Shown here one piece after another: positions 50,945 through 60,890 of a stretch of 64,000 nt of DNA (positions are counted from its first letter, which is position 1; each line of letters starts with the position of its first letter). The notes under the pieces are model-generated. The model was not told the origin of the DNA and did no database searches. It saw only the letters and a program-made list of their open reading frames with translations. The stretch comes from Candidatus Delongbacteria bacterium. Its GTDB lineage: Bacteria > CAIWAD01. The stretch covers positions 3,456,001 through 3,520,000 of the forward strand of contig OY760505.1 in assembly GCA_963663545.1 (NCBI GenBank), read 5' to 3'. The translations under genes and the position numbers were made by a program.

Positions 50945-50977
50945 AAGCCCCTGACCGTTCGCGGTGCAGGGGCTTTT
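50945..50977 (+). terminator. Rho-independent terminator after glmS
   Basis: AAGCCCCTG...CAGGGGCTT hairpin ending in TTTT. Confidence 0.7.
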
Positions 50978-51066
50978 CGCAACCATGAACAAAGCTGTAC
51001 ATGCGGTGTCCAAGCCCGGAATGTTGCATCTTGTTAGCCCGGTAGTGGACTGTAGAAAGGATATCC

Positions 51067-51891
51067 ATGAGTCTGCCTCTCCCCAAGACCCTGCCCGGCG
51101 GCCTGTTGTGGCTGCTGGCCGTGCTCATCACCCTTGGCTCCGTCGTGTACCAACGGGCCACCGGTCCTACCTATGAGTTGAGCGGATCTGTCGAGCTGGA
51201 AGCAGGTATCGTGAGTTGGGTATTGCCGCGCACGGCGACGACGGGCAGGGATCAAGCCATTGCCATCAGCGCTCCCGCGGGTGTGAGTGCCAGTCTGCAC
51301 TGGCGCCGTTTTCGTAGCCATGACGAATGGACGCTTTCTCCCATGCTGCGTACGGGAGACAGTCTGAGCTTCGTGCTGCCCTCGCTGGACCCGGCAGGCA
51401 AGTACATGTATCGTATCACGCTTGAGGGTGCCGGTGAGCTGAGGGAGCTTACGCCGCAGCCCGTGCTGATGCGTTTCAAGGGAGCCGTTCCCGCCTGGGT
51501 GCTGATTCCGCACATTCTGCTGATGTTTGCCGCTATGCTGGTGGCCAACCGTTGTCTGCTGGAAGCTGTACCCCGCGGGGGACGCCCGCAGCGCTTTGTG
51601 GGCCTGACTTTGCTGCTGATGCTGATCGGCGGCATGAGCTTCGGGCCTGCTGTGCAGTACTACGCGTTTGGCGAGTGGTGGACGGGCGTTCCTTTCGGCT
51701 GGGATCTGACCGACAACAAAACCCTCATTGCCACCCTCTTCTGGATCTGGGCCTGGTGGAGTAACCGCAGTGGGCGCCGCAGTCGTCTGGCCATCGTATT
51801 GGCCGGTGTGGTCACGCTGGTCATATTTGCCATTCCCCATAGCGTGCTGGGTTCGGAGCTGGATTACACGGCCATGGAACAGGCGGGCTAA
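51067..51891 (+). CDS. Conserved-looking membrane protein of unknown function
   Basis: One N-terminal and four C-terminal TM helices; WTGVPFGWDLTDNKTL and IPHS motifs. Confidence 0.72.
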   Translation: MSLPLPKTLPGGLLWLLAVLITLGSVVYQRATGPTYELSGSVELEAGIVSWVLPRTATTGRDQAIAISAPAGVSASLHWRRFRSHDEWTLSPMLRTGDSLSFVLPSLDPAGKYMYRITLEGAGELRELTPQPVLMRFKGAVPAWVLIPHILLMFAAMLVANRCLLEAVPRGGRPQRFVGLTLLLMLIGGMSFGPAVQYYAFGEWWTGVPFGWDLTDNKTLIATLFWIWAWWSNRSGRRSRLAIVLAGVVTLVIFAIPHSVLGSELDYTAMEQAG

Positions 51892-51894
51892 GCA

Positions 51895-52830
51895 ATGAAG
51901 TCACCCTTGCGCATCGTGATGATTCATGGACTGGCGGCCAAGCCCTCCCGCAAGCGACTGCTCGAGCAGTGGAGCGAGGTCCTGCTGGCAAATCTGTGTT
52001 ACGAAGATCCGAACGCAGCAATGCAGGCGGAACGCGATGAATGCATGCGCATGGCGTGGTGGGCCGACGCAGTTCCTGATCATGTGATACAAAGCGAGGC
52101 CGAGGCCGACACTACCAGCGCAGGCTTGCCGCAATTGCTGGCGGAACGCGAGCGTTTGGGCTCCGGTTTTCATGTCGAAGCAGGAGCTGCCGCGCAGGAG
52201 TATTATCGTGATCGTGGTGCAGATCTGATGAAGCTGCTTGAGTTGGCGCACACGGCGCAGGATCTGGATCTGCAGTCCCTGCATGAGCTGCGTTTGTATT
52301 ACGCAGACCAGTACATCGCCGACCGTATTCGCCTTCCACTGGAGCGGGAACTGCGTGATGCATGGTCCTCGGGCTGCCGGGTTGCTTTGCTGGCGCACAG
52401 TATGGGCAGCATCATCGCGCTTGACGTGCTGTGGCGCTTCAGTCATCGCGCCGAGCCGGAGTTCGCCGATTTTCGCGCGGCGCACGTAGACTATCTGGCC
52501 ACCCTTGGATCACCGCTGGCGCAGGAGCGCGTTCGCCACTTGCTGCTATCCTGGCGGCACGAGGGGGAGCGTGCTTTTCCTGGCAACATCGAATGCTGGG
52601 AGAACTTCAGTTGTCTGGGCGATGTCATCAGTCGTGATACATCCTTTGAAGAGGCCTGGTTTGCCCCGATGCGTGCGCTGGGATTGTTGACCGCCAGTTC
52701 CGAGTACCTTTCCCTCTACAATCCCTGGAGCGATGCGGGGGGAACGCGAAATCCGCACAAATCCTTTGGTTATCTGGTGCAGCCCCGACTGGCCTCCCGG
52801 CTGGCGCAGATGCTGTACCGGCACTACTGA
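51895..52830 (+). CDS. Alpha/beta hydrolase-fold protein
   Basis: MIHGL oxyanion motif, AHSMG nucleophile elbow, TLGSP, NPH. Confidence 0.75.
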   Translation: MKSPLRIVMIHGLAAKPSRKRLLEQWSEVLLANLCYEDPNAAMQAERDECMRMAWWADAVPDHVIQSEAEADTTSAGLPQLLAERERLGSGFHVEAGAAAQEYYRDRGADLMKLLELAHTAQDLDLQSLHELRLYYADQYIADRIRLPLERELRDAWSSGCRVALLAHSMGSIIALDVLWRFSHRAEPEFADFRAAHVDYLATLGSPLAQERVRHLLLSWRHEGERAFPGNIECWENFSCLGDVISRDTSFEEAWFAPMRALGLLTASSEYLSLYNPWSDAGGTRNPHKSFGYLVQPRLASRLAQMLYRHY

Positions 52831-52872
52831 TTCCTCCTCGATCGGTCGTGTTACACTTCCCTGGAGCCTGCA

Positions 52873-55152
52873 ATGAACTTGCTGAAATCGCTGTGTCTCG
52901 TCTTGTTGCTAGCCTTGACCGCTTCTGCCGATGACTCCTGGATGCTGTTCCAGGAGGGCGATGTGGCCGAAATTCATCTCAGTCTTCCGGAGGACGCGCT
53001 GGACTGGATGTTCGCACACACAAGCCTTGATAGTCTGCACTTGGGCAGCATGAGCTACCACAGTGCGCTTATCGACACTGTGATCCAAAATGTCGGTGTG
53101 CGCCTGCGCGGCAACACCAGCCGTGACGCAGACAAGAAATCCTTCAAGATCAGCTTCAACGACTATGAGGCAGGTCGTGAGTTTTTTGATGTGGACAAGC
53201 TCAACTTGAACGGTGAGCACAACGATCCCACCGTATCACGCGCCTGGCTCAATTGGCGTTTGTGGCAACAGACTGACGTTCCTGCCAGTCGTGCCGCGCA
53301 CGTGGCGCTGTGGATCAACGACCTCTACATGGGTGTTTACGCCAACATTGAACACGTCGACGACGAGTTCCTCTGGAAACACTTTGACGACGACAGTGGC
53401 AATCTGTGGAAGTGCTTATGGCCAGCGGACCTCACCTACCAGGGGCCTGACGGTGACGATTACAAGTATTCCAGTGGTGGACATCGCACCTACGATCTGA
53501 AGACCAACGAGGATGCCGACGACTACAGCCAGCTGGCTCGACTGATTCGCGTACTGAACCAGACAAGTGTTGGCGCGCTGCCGGATTCGCTCGAGAGCCT
53601 GCTGGACGTTGACGGTGTGCTGAGCTATTTCGCTTTTGATGTGCTGGCCGCTTCCTGGGACGATTACTGGTTCCTCAAAAACAATTTCTATTTGTATCAC
53701 AATCCCAGCGAGGACCGCTTCACGCTGATTCCCTATGATTACGACAACAGCTATGGAATAGACTGGTTCAACATCGACTGGAGCACGCGTCACCCGATGG
53801 AGTGGGGCAGCAGCGAGGACCGGCCGCTGGCGCGCCTTCTGCTGGTTCACGAGTGGCACAACCTCTATCAGCACTTTCTGCTTCTCTACAACGAGCGTCT
53901 GTTCAATCCCGACAACTGGGCCAGCGCAGCCGCTGCCGAGGCGCTGTTGATCCGATCTGATGTGGCCGCTGACAGCTTCTACAGCCTGGACTACGGCTTC
54001 TCGCTCTACGATTTCGACAATGCCTGGGTCATGGACGACTACCAGAATCAGCACGTGAAGTACAGCGTCCGGGAATACGTAGATCGCCGTCGTGGCACAA
54101 TTCCTCAGCAACAGGACTGGATGTCCGACGCGGGGCCTGTGGTCTATGACTGGCAATTGGAGCAGGACGATAGTCTGCGTATCACGGCCGCGGTCTGGTG
54201 TCACGGTGGTCTGGACAGTGTTTATGCCGTGCTGGACGACGCGGAGGGGAGCAGGCAGTTCGCCCTCTCTTACGATCCTGTGGAGGAAACCTTTATCCCT
54301 GCAGAAGCGGATCGCTGGTGTGTCACCTTACCTTTGCCCGAAGGAGCGACCCGTCTGTGTCTGCGCGCGGTCTCGTCCACGGGCGTGTGCCGCTATCCGC
54401 TGAATCATGACATTCAGCTGGAGCAGACGAGTTCCTCGCCACTGCGCCTGAACGAGCTGCTGGCGGATAACGAGAGCGTTAACAGCGATGAGGCTGGCGA
54501 TTTTGACGATTGGCTCGAGTTGACAAATACTTCCGCTCAGACAGTTTCGCTGAACGGCCTGTACTTGACGGATGACGAAGACGAGCCGTTGCAGTGGGCG
54601 CTGCCCTCCGGGCTGAGTTTGCCTGCTGGTGGCCTGCTGCTGATCTGGTGTGATGACGAAAACCAGGGTGAGTTGCACGCCAATTTCCGCCTGAGTGCGG
54701 GAGGAGAGTTTCTGGGACTGGCCGATGCGGAGGGTTGGATCGATAGCGTAGAGTTTGGTGAGCAGGACGAAGACATTGCCTGGGGGCGCCTTCCCGATGG
54801 CATCGGCGATTGGCAGTTTGTGTCACCTACTCCGGGCGAGGAGAATGAGGCGCTGGCCGTTAACGCAGCCGAACCCACCGCTTTCAGTCTGCAGGCGCGA
54901 CCCAATCCTTTCAACGGAAGTCTTCTGCTGCATTTTGAGCTACCTGTAGCCGGTGATACACAGCTTCGCATTGTGGATCTGCTGGGCCGGGAAATACTCA
55001 CCAGGACTCTGGGCCACTTGTCTGCTGGCTCTCACGATTGGAGCTGGCAAGGAGAGAACCAGGATGGCCATCAAGTAGCCAGTGGCTGTTATTTCGTGGT
55101 ACTGAAATCAGGAGCTGTGACACAGTTGCGCGCTGTTACGCTTGTTCGATAA
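52873..55152 (+). CDS. CotH kinase-family protein with lamin-tail domain and FlgD-Ig/T9SS-like C-terminal domain
   Basis: GVRLRGNTSR..KKSFK, NNFYLY, IPYDYDNS; LRLNELLADN..DWLEL; PNPFN..VASGCYF. Confidence 0.88.
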   Translation: MNLLKSLCLVLLLALTASADDSWMLFQEGDVAEIHLSLPEDALDWMFAHTSLDSLHLGSMSYHSALIDTVIQNVGVRLRGNTSRDADKKSFKISFNDYEAGREFFDVDKLNLNGEHNDPTVSRAWLNWRLWQQTDVPASRAAHVALWINDLYMGVYANIEHVDDEFLWKHFDDDSGNLWKCLWPADLTYQGPDGDDYKYSSGGHRTYDLKTNEDADDYSQLARLIRVLNQTSVGALPDSLESLLDVDGVLSYFAFDVLAASWDDYWFLKNNFYLYHNPSEDRFTLIPYDYDNSYGIDWFNIDWSTRHPMEWGSSEDRPLARLLLVHEWHNLYQHFLLLYNERLFNPDNWASAAAAEALLIRSDVAADSFYSLDYGFSLYDFDNAWVMDDYQNQHVKYSVREYVDRRRGTIPQQQDWMSDAGPVVYDWQLEQDDSLRITAAVWCHGGLDSVYAVLDDAEGSRQFALSYDPVEETFIPAEADRWCVTLPLPEGATRLCLRAVSSTGVCRYPLNHDIQLEQTSSSPLRLNELLADNESVNSDEAGDFDDWLELTNTSAQTVSLNGLYLTDDEDEPLQWALPSGLSLPAGGLLLIWCDDENQGELHANFRLSAGGEFLGLADAEGWIDSVEFGEQDEDIAWGRLPDGIGDWQFVSPTPGEENEALAVNAAEPTAFSLQARPNPFNGSLLLHFELPVAGDTQLRIVDLLGREILTRTLGHLSAGSHDWSWQGENQDGHQVASGCYFVVLKSGAVTQLRAVTLVR

Positions 55153-55170
55153 GCGTGATACGCCGATGGG

Positions 55171-56058
55171 TCAAGGTGTCGCCGAGTGACGAAGATCCTC
55201 AGGTTGTTCTTCCATGGCGGGCCCGAGGACGGCTTCGCGGATCTGCTTGAACTCGTGATCCACTTCGATGAGGATTTTACCCAGTTTGCCGCCTTCGAGA
55301 TAAGCGTGTCCGGCTGAGCGATCCTCGTTCTCTTCCGTGGTGTATCCGGCCTTGTGTGCCAGCAGATCGCCGTAGTGCACGGCGCTGCACAGTCGTACCA
55401 TTTCCTCTGGTGCCTCGTCAGGGGAGTGGTGATAGCGAATTGGCAGACAGAGCTCCGGAGGCAGGCTCCAGTGACAGGCCAACCAATAGCCCAGCGTAGC
55501 GTGATCCATTCCAGCCGATTTGCATTCGCACTCCATCAGTGCCTGTCGCTTCAATGCTGCCAGACGAATGGAAGGGCGACCAGGCTGATTCAGTAGTTGA
55601 CTGATCACCACTTTGCCCAGATCGTGTAGCAAGCCAGCGGTAAAGGCCAGCTCGGGACTCGCACCGCCTGCCATCTGCTTGGCAATAGCCTTGGCTGCCA
55701 GACCGGTGAAAAGGCTGTGTTCCCAAAGTTTCCCCTCGGTGCTGCTGTAGGCGCTCAGCGCTGTGTTGAACACTCCCGGAGCGCAGGCTTGCATGGCAAT
55801 GCCCACAACCATGTTTGAGCCCAGTGCAATCACCGCACGACTCAGGCTGGTGACGCTGCGTCCTACCGAGTGGGCGGCCATATTCGCCACCTTAAGCACA
55901 CGCATTGTGAGAAATGCGTCGCTGTGTATCACCTGAACCAGTTCGCGCAGATCATTCGCGTCGTCGGCGCTCAGCATCAACAGGTGCGTCGCCACCGGTG
56001 AAAGCGTGGGCATGCGTCGAATGCGGTTGACGATCTGACTGATGTCCTTGAGATCCAT
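55171..56058 (-). CDS. HDOD-domain signalling protein
   Basis: MPTLS, D..LT.RVLKVAN, LWEHS, FTAGLLHDLGK, DHATLG, W.LP, IRYHH. Confidence 0.9.
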   Translation of the reverse strand: MDLKDISQIVNRIRRMPTLSPVATHLLMLSADDANDLRELVQVIHSDAFLTMRVLKVANMAAHSVGRSVTSLSRAVIALGSNMVVGIAMQACAPGVFNTALSAYSSTEGKLWEHSLFTGLAAKAIAKQMAGGASPELAFTAGLLHDLGKVVISQLLNQPGRPSIRLAALKRQALMECECKSAGMDHATLGYWLACHWSLPPELCLPIRYHHSPDEAPEEMVRLCSAVHYGDLLAHKAGYTTEENEDRSAGHAYLEGGKLGKILIEVDHEFKQIREAVLGPAMEEQPEDLRHSATP

Positions 56059-56303
56059 GCTGTGAACCGCCCCTTTCATTCCATACAGCAAGTGTATCGG
56101 GATTACGAGCCCCGGACTTCATCGACAAAAATGAGCCCTGTTCAATTTGTGCAGGATCTGCACAGAGGATTCATCGTGCCGTGTTACAGATTGCTTCCCT
56201 AGAATTGTGCATTCCAGTTCAAAATACAGAATATGAAAGATAACGAGGCAACAAGTACGGAGAAGCGAATACTAGAGTGGTGAAAATCGTTTCTGTAGTC
56301 CAT

Positions 56304-56319
56304 GGGCACACGCTTTGCT
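56304..56319 (+). promoter_or_regulatory. Sigma-54 promoter candidate
   Basis: GGGCAC-N5-TTGCT; AT-rich tract upstream; palindrome TGTGCA-N5-TGCACA at 56148-56164. Confidence 0.6.
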
Positions 56320-56359
56320 GATGTCGCCTCCTTTGGTGTCTTACAAAAGGGAGAGAACC

Positions 56360-56800
56360 ATGCGTTGTACACTAGTTGGCATAAGCTTGGCTTTGACGCT
56401 GGCATTCGCAGCTGGCGCCGTCGAGCTGGTCGGCCCGCCTGCGCCTGATGAAATGACGCTGCAGACGGGTATTCCAGCCATTGTGGCCTTGCACGCCGAA
56501 ACTGCAACCAGCATCGATCTGCTGCTGGCGGGACGTGAGATGAATGATGAGCTGCAGCAGCAGGTACAGGAGCTGAAGTTTCAGGAGGAACTGAAGCGCC
56601 TGAGAATCCTCGCCGACCACTGCCGCACGCAGGGCAATGAGCCGGAAGCACTACTGGCCGAACAGGAGCTTGAGCGACTGCAGAATCCGCAGCCGATTAA
56701 GCATCAGCCTGTATCACGCGAGGAAGTGGGGATCATTGCGCGAACGACAAGTGCGCCTGTAGCCGTAGCTGCCCCCAGCAGTGAGGAGGTGACACAATGA
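56360..56800 (+). CDS. Small secreted helical hypothetical protein
   Basis: Signal peptide, coiled-coil character, GGGAG RBS, ATGA overlap with the protease gene. Confidence 0.7.
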   Translation: MRCTLVGISLALTLAFAAGAVELVGPPAPDEMTLQTGIPAIVALHAETATSIDLLLAGREMNDELQQQVQELKFQEELKRLRILADHCRTQGNEPEALLAEQELERLQNPQPIKHQPVSREEVGIIARTTSAPVAVAAPSSEEVTQ

Positions 56801-59800
56801 AACAGCTCTTACTGCTTTTCCTGGCCCTCAGCATGACGCTGCGTCTGGCGGCGCAGGAGGATCCCAATGAGCTTTCCGCCGAGGATGCGGCTATTGTTTA
56901 TGCACGCCAGCAGGCGGGGCTTTTTGAGGAACCGGCCGATCGCACCTACGCGCTTTACAGTGTCGGTTTAGCCTTTCATGTAGTACGCACGACATCGGGC
57001 ACCGGTGGCATTTCCCAGGATCAGCTTGATCAGGCCATGCTCGATCTGGCCGATGCCTGGGCGGGCAGCAACATCTGCTTCTACCTGGCGGAACAGGACA
57101 CGATCAACAACACGACCTATTACTACATCGATAGCGAGGCCGAAGGCAACGCTCTGCGCGGCATCAACAGCAACGCCAGTTTGCTGGATTGCTACTTTGT
57201 CGCCGATGTAATGGGCTACTGCGGCATGAGCACGTTCAGCTGGTACACGGATCAGGGCATCCTGTACACCAACAGTTGTGTTGGCGTATCCAGCAATCCT
57301 TCCACCTTCCCGCACGAGATCGGGCACTATTTCGATCTCTTCCACACGCACGAGACGGCTGTCGGCACCGAGTGCCCCGATGGATCCAATTGTGACACGG
57401 CCGGTGACCTGGTGTGTGATACACCGGCGGATCCGGGGCTTGGTGACGGCAATGTTAACTCGAGCTGCGTTTACACGGGGTCTTCAACGATTTACTGCAA
57501 TGGTTCCACGCGCAGTTACAATCCTGATCCCACAAACATGATGAGCTATTCGCGCAAGACCTGTCGCACAAATTTCACGGCCGGACAGTTCACGCGCGCC
57601 CGTGCCACTTTGTATTACGAGCGTCTGGGCGAAGACTGCTTTTACGCCTGTGACTATGAGCAGACGGCGGCCACCGGCTGGGACAACACCATCGTTCCGC
57701 GTAATACAACGGGTGCCACTTCTGCCAGCACACATGTGACGAGCACCTTACCGGGAAACAGCGCTGGTACCTACTTGAATGCGACCGTGCTTAACGATTC
57801 ACCGGGTCCTGCACCCTGGGCACCCAATCGCATCTATCTGGATAATGGCTACATCTGGGGCTTCTCATATGGCACCATTCCCGCCAACACTACCCGCTAC
57901 TACAACAATTTTGGCTCGCCCTTTACCATGCGCGGCGGTCGCCATGCCTTATCCTACTATCTGGATTACGGTGACACACGTTGTGAGCTAAGCGAGAACA
58001 ACAACCTGACCAATGTGCAGTATGTCTGGTCACCCATGGATCTGCCCAATGAGTCGCGTATCACGCGCAGTCTGCCGCCGGAACGTATGTACTCAACGTT
58101 CACGTATGACAACTGCGACGGCTTCACCTTTAATGTCAATACCGGCTATTGGCATGTGGCCCTCGTGGCACCCATGAGCGGGGCTGGCGACTATGATGCG
58201 ATGCTGCATAACGATTACACCGGCTCAACCGCTGGTTTTGGTGCAACGTTGTCCTCTTCCACGTACGGCGGCGTAGCCACCGACTGGGTCATCGTCAACC
58301 GCAATATGACGGGAACCGGCACTTACCAGTTGGGGGCCCAGCGTTACAACGGTACCAGCGGCAACATGCTGGTGGCCCACGAGGCTTCCACAACCGTCTA
58401 CAGTGTGGATGAGGAGACCGTACTGGAGAATACTCTGGTCAACAACCAGATGCTGTCGATCCACGAGTTTACAGTGGGTACCGGTGATACAAGCTATAGC
58501 TGGGATGTGTTTTTGAACTGCGAAAACTCCAGCGAACTGGGCATCCTGCTGTACGATAGGACGCTGGATTACGGTCAGCGCAGTAGTTCCGTTGCCAGTG
58601 GATCCTATGTGTCGGGTACTCAACGCAAACTTCGCTACCACTTCCATGAGGCCGGCTACTATGCGATGGTCGTGTACAAGGCATCGCCCGATTACATGGC
58701 CGATGAACTCGACTACGACATCCAGATGGACTACCTGCAGCCCGGTCTGGAGATTGACCGTAGCGGTGCCATCAACATTGCCATCATTCAGGACGTGGCC
58801 CCGTGGGGAAGCCATGCCTGGGAGGATGAGCTGGACGCGCGCGGTCTGAGCTACGACATCCTGCCCAGCACCGCCTTCCAGACCTTCGGCTACTGGGACT
58901 ACGACCTGGTCATTACCCCGGCAGCGGCTTTCAACCTAAGCTACCGCGATCGCATGTTTGCCGCTCAGGCCTATCTGGATGAGTATGTGGATCTCGGCGG
59001 TGTGCTGGTGATGAACGCCTGCACCCAAGGCGGCACGGCCACGCTGATAGACGGTATCACAATGACGTACGCGGCACGTGATACAATCATCCACTCTGTC
59101 AGTCATCCCGTCAACTGGAAGCTGCCCAGTTACACGCTGGGAAATCACGCTGCTCACATCGAGTTTGCCACGGTTCCTTCGACATGGACCGAAGTCGTGA
59201 GCAATTACCCGGACTACGAACCGGTACTGCTGGTGAACGAGGACCGTGGTGCGCTGATCATGGGCTGTCCGGTGGAGTACAACTACCTCTACAACTACAG
59301 CTCTGGCGCGCTGGTAGGGAACATCATCGACTGGGCACTGGACCGCGCAGCACGTACGATACGTGTGCAGTTGCAGGCAAACACTGGCACTCATACACGT
59401 ACTGCCACCTACTGCAACACAGGTGAGACCTCGCTGAGCTACATCAATCAGGAAAGCTACAGTTGGCTTAACAAGAGTCCTTACAACGGCATCATTCCCG
59501 CTCTGAGTTGTATCACGCAGAGTGCATACTTCCTGACCACCGGACAGGTCGAGGGGCTCTATTCGGGTACAATGGAGGCCGATTTCGCAGAAGCCGACGA
59601 GTTCGACCGGTTGCATCTAGTGCTGGATTTGCGTGGCGTCAAGCCGTTGCCGCCGATGAATCTGAGTATCACGCCAGTTCTGTTTGATGCAACACATGCA
59701 CAGGTCTATGTGGAGTGGGACCCCGTGACAACGGACATCTACGGTGATCCCGTCAGCATCGAAGGTTACGTCCTGTATTACGCCGATCACCCTTACGCTG

Positions 59801-60009
59801 AGACTTGGAACTGGGGTGTCAGTTATTCAAGTACTACAACCCATGGCAACCTTTACTTCCAGAATGTGGGACTGCTGGATCAGGCTTACATGTACGTGGT
59901 TGCCTACGATACTGACGGTATGGTTGTTGCCAGTTCGAATCCTGACACACCGCGACAGATCAATGTTGAAGACCTGCAACACGAGTCGATTCTGGGCAGA
60001 AGCGAATAG
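56797..60009 (+). CDS. Secreted M43 (pappalysin/ulilysin-like) zinc metalloprotease with accessory domains
   Basis: HEIGHYFDLFHTH, GDLVCDTP, NMMSY Met-turn; CARDB-like ELSENNN segment. Confidence 0.87.
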   Translation: MKQLLLLFLALSMTLRLAAQEDPNELSAEDAAIVYARQQAGLFEEPADRTYALYSVGLAFHVVRTTSGTGGISQDQLDQAMLDLADAWAGSNICFYLAEQDTINNTTYYYIDSEAEGNALRGINSNASLLDCYFVADVMGYCGMSTFSWYTDQGILYTNSCVGVSSNPSTFPHEIGHYFDLFHTHETAVGTECPDGSNCDTAGDLVCDTPADPGLGDGNVNSSCVYTGSSTIYCNGSTRSYNPDPTNMMSYSRKTCRTNFTAGQFTRARATLYYERLGEDCFYACDYEQTAATGWDNTIVPRNTTGATSASTHVTSTLPGNSAGTYLNATVLNDSPGPAPWAPNRIYLDNGYIWGFSYGTIPANTTRYYNNFGSPFTMRGGRHALSYYLDYGDTRCELSENNNLTNVQYVWSPMDLPNESRITRSLPPERMYSTFTYDNCDGFTFNVNTGYWHVALVAPMSGAGDYDAMLHNDYTGSTAGFGATLSSSTYGGVATDWVIVNRNMTGTGTYQLGAQRYNGTSGNMLVAHEASTTVYSVDEETVLENTLVNNQMLSIHEFTVGTGDTSYSWDVFLNCENSSELGILLYDRTLDYGQRSSSVASGSYVSGTQRKLRYHFHEAGYYAMVVYKASPDYMADELDYDIQMDYLQPGLEIDRSGAINIAIIQDVAPWGSHAWEDELDARGLSYDILPSTAFQTFGYWDYDLVITPAAAFNLSYRDRMFAAQAYLDEYVDLGGVLVMNACTQGGTATLIDGITMTYAARDTIIHSVSHPVNWKLPSYTLGNHAAHIEFATVPSTWTEVVSNYPDYEPVLLVNEDRGALIMGCPVEYNYLYNYSSGALVGNIIDWALDRAARTIRVQLQANTGTHTRTATYCNTGETSLSYINQESYSWLNKSPYNGIIPALSCITQSAYFLTTGQVEGLYSGTMEADFAEADEFDRLHLVLDLRGVKPLPPMNLSITPVLFDATHAQVYVEWDPVTTDIYGDPVSIEGYVLYYADHPYAETWNWGVSYSSTTTHGNLYFQNVGLLDQAYMYVVAYDTDGMVVASSNPDTPRQINVEDLQHESILGRSE

Positions 60010-60026
60010 CAAAACGAGCTACTAGC

Positions 60027-60052
60027 GAGGGGCGCAGCGATGCGCCCCTTTT
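60027..60052 (+). terminator. Rho-independent terminator
   Basis: AGGGGCGCA-GCGA-TGCGCCCCT followed by TTT. Confidence 0.75.
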
Positions 60053-60110
60053 CGTGTAGGCAGTTCGGGAGCTACGACGTGGCACCAGATCCAAGTGCTA
60101 CATTGGCCCC

Positions 60111-60890
60111 ATGCAAAAAAGACACCCCCATAACAGACGCCCGCGTGAAACCGTCAATGAGCGTCTGATCAGTGGACGGAATCCCGTCCTGGAAGCACTG
60201 CGCAGTGCCATGTCCATCAAGCGCATCTGGATGCGAACCGAAGCGCGCGGTCAGGTAATGCAGCAGATCAAACAGCTGGCACGGCGTCGCAATATCCACT
60301 TTGAAGAGGTGGACAATGCCGTCCTGGACCGCTTGTTGAAACACACGGACCATCGCGGCGTGGCCATGGAGCTGGAAGAGCGGCCTGCGCAGTCCCTCGC
60401 GGACTTTCTGCGCGACCACAAGAGTCCTAAAGAACTGCTGCTGCTGGCACTGGATGGAATCCAGGATCCGCAGAATCTGGGTGCCATTCTACGCAGCGCA
60501 GATATTTGCGGTGTTGATGCACTTTTAATGCAGGCGACGGCCAGCGCGCCCTTGGGAGAAGTGGCCTGGCGAGCCAGTGCGGGTGCTGCAGCCTGGGTAC
60601 CCGTGATACAAGTTGAGGAGTTGGCTGAAAGCCTGGCCTTTCTACGCTCGCAAGGCGTGACCACCGCGGGCCTGGATGAGGATCGTGGTGATACACCGGA
60701 AAGCGGACATGTATCACGACCACTGGCGCTTGTGCTTGGTGGAGAAGGGCGTGGTTTGGCAGATCGGGTTCAAAGCGAGCTCGATCATTATCTGAGATTG
60801 CCCATGCGTGGGCACGTGGGTAGTTTCAATGCTTCGGTCGCAGCCGGAATTGTGATGTATCACTTTGCGCGCCGGCAGGAGACGAAATGA
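60111..60890 (+). CDS. rlmB: 23S rRNA Gm2251 methyltransferase (TrmH/SPOUT family)
   Basis: GRNPVLEAL, LDGIQDPQNLGAILRSA, GGEGRG, LPMRGHVGSFNASVA. Confidence 0.9.
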   Translation: MQKRHPHNRRPRETVNERLISGRNPVLEALRSAMSIKRIWMRTEARGQVMQQIKQLARRRNIHFEEVDNAVLDRLLKHTDHRGVAMELEERPAQSLADFLRDHKSPKELLLLALDGIQDPQNLGAILRSADICGVDALLMQATASAPLGEVAWRASAGAAAWVPVIQVEELAESLAFLRSQGVTTAGLDEDRGDTPESGHVSRPLALVLGGEGRGLADRVQSELDHYLRLPMRGHVGSFNASVAAGIVMYHFARRQETK

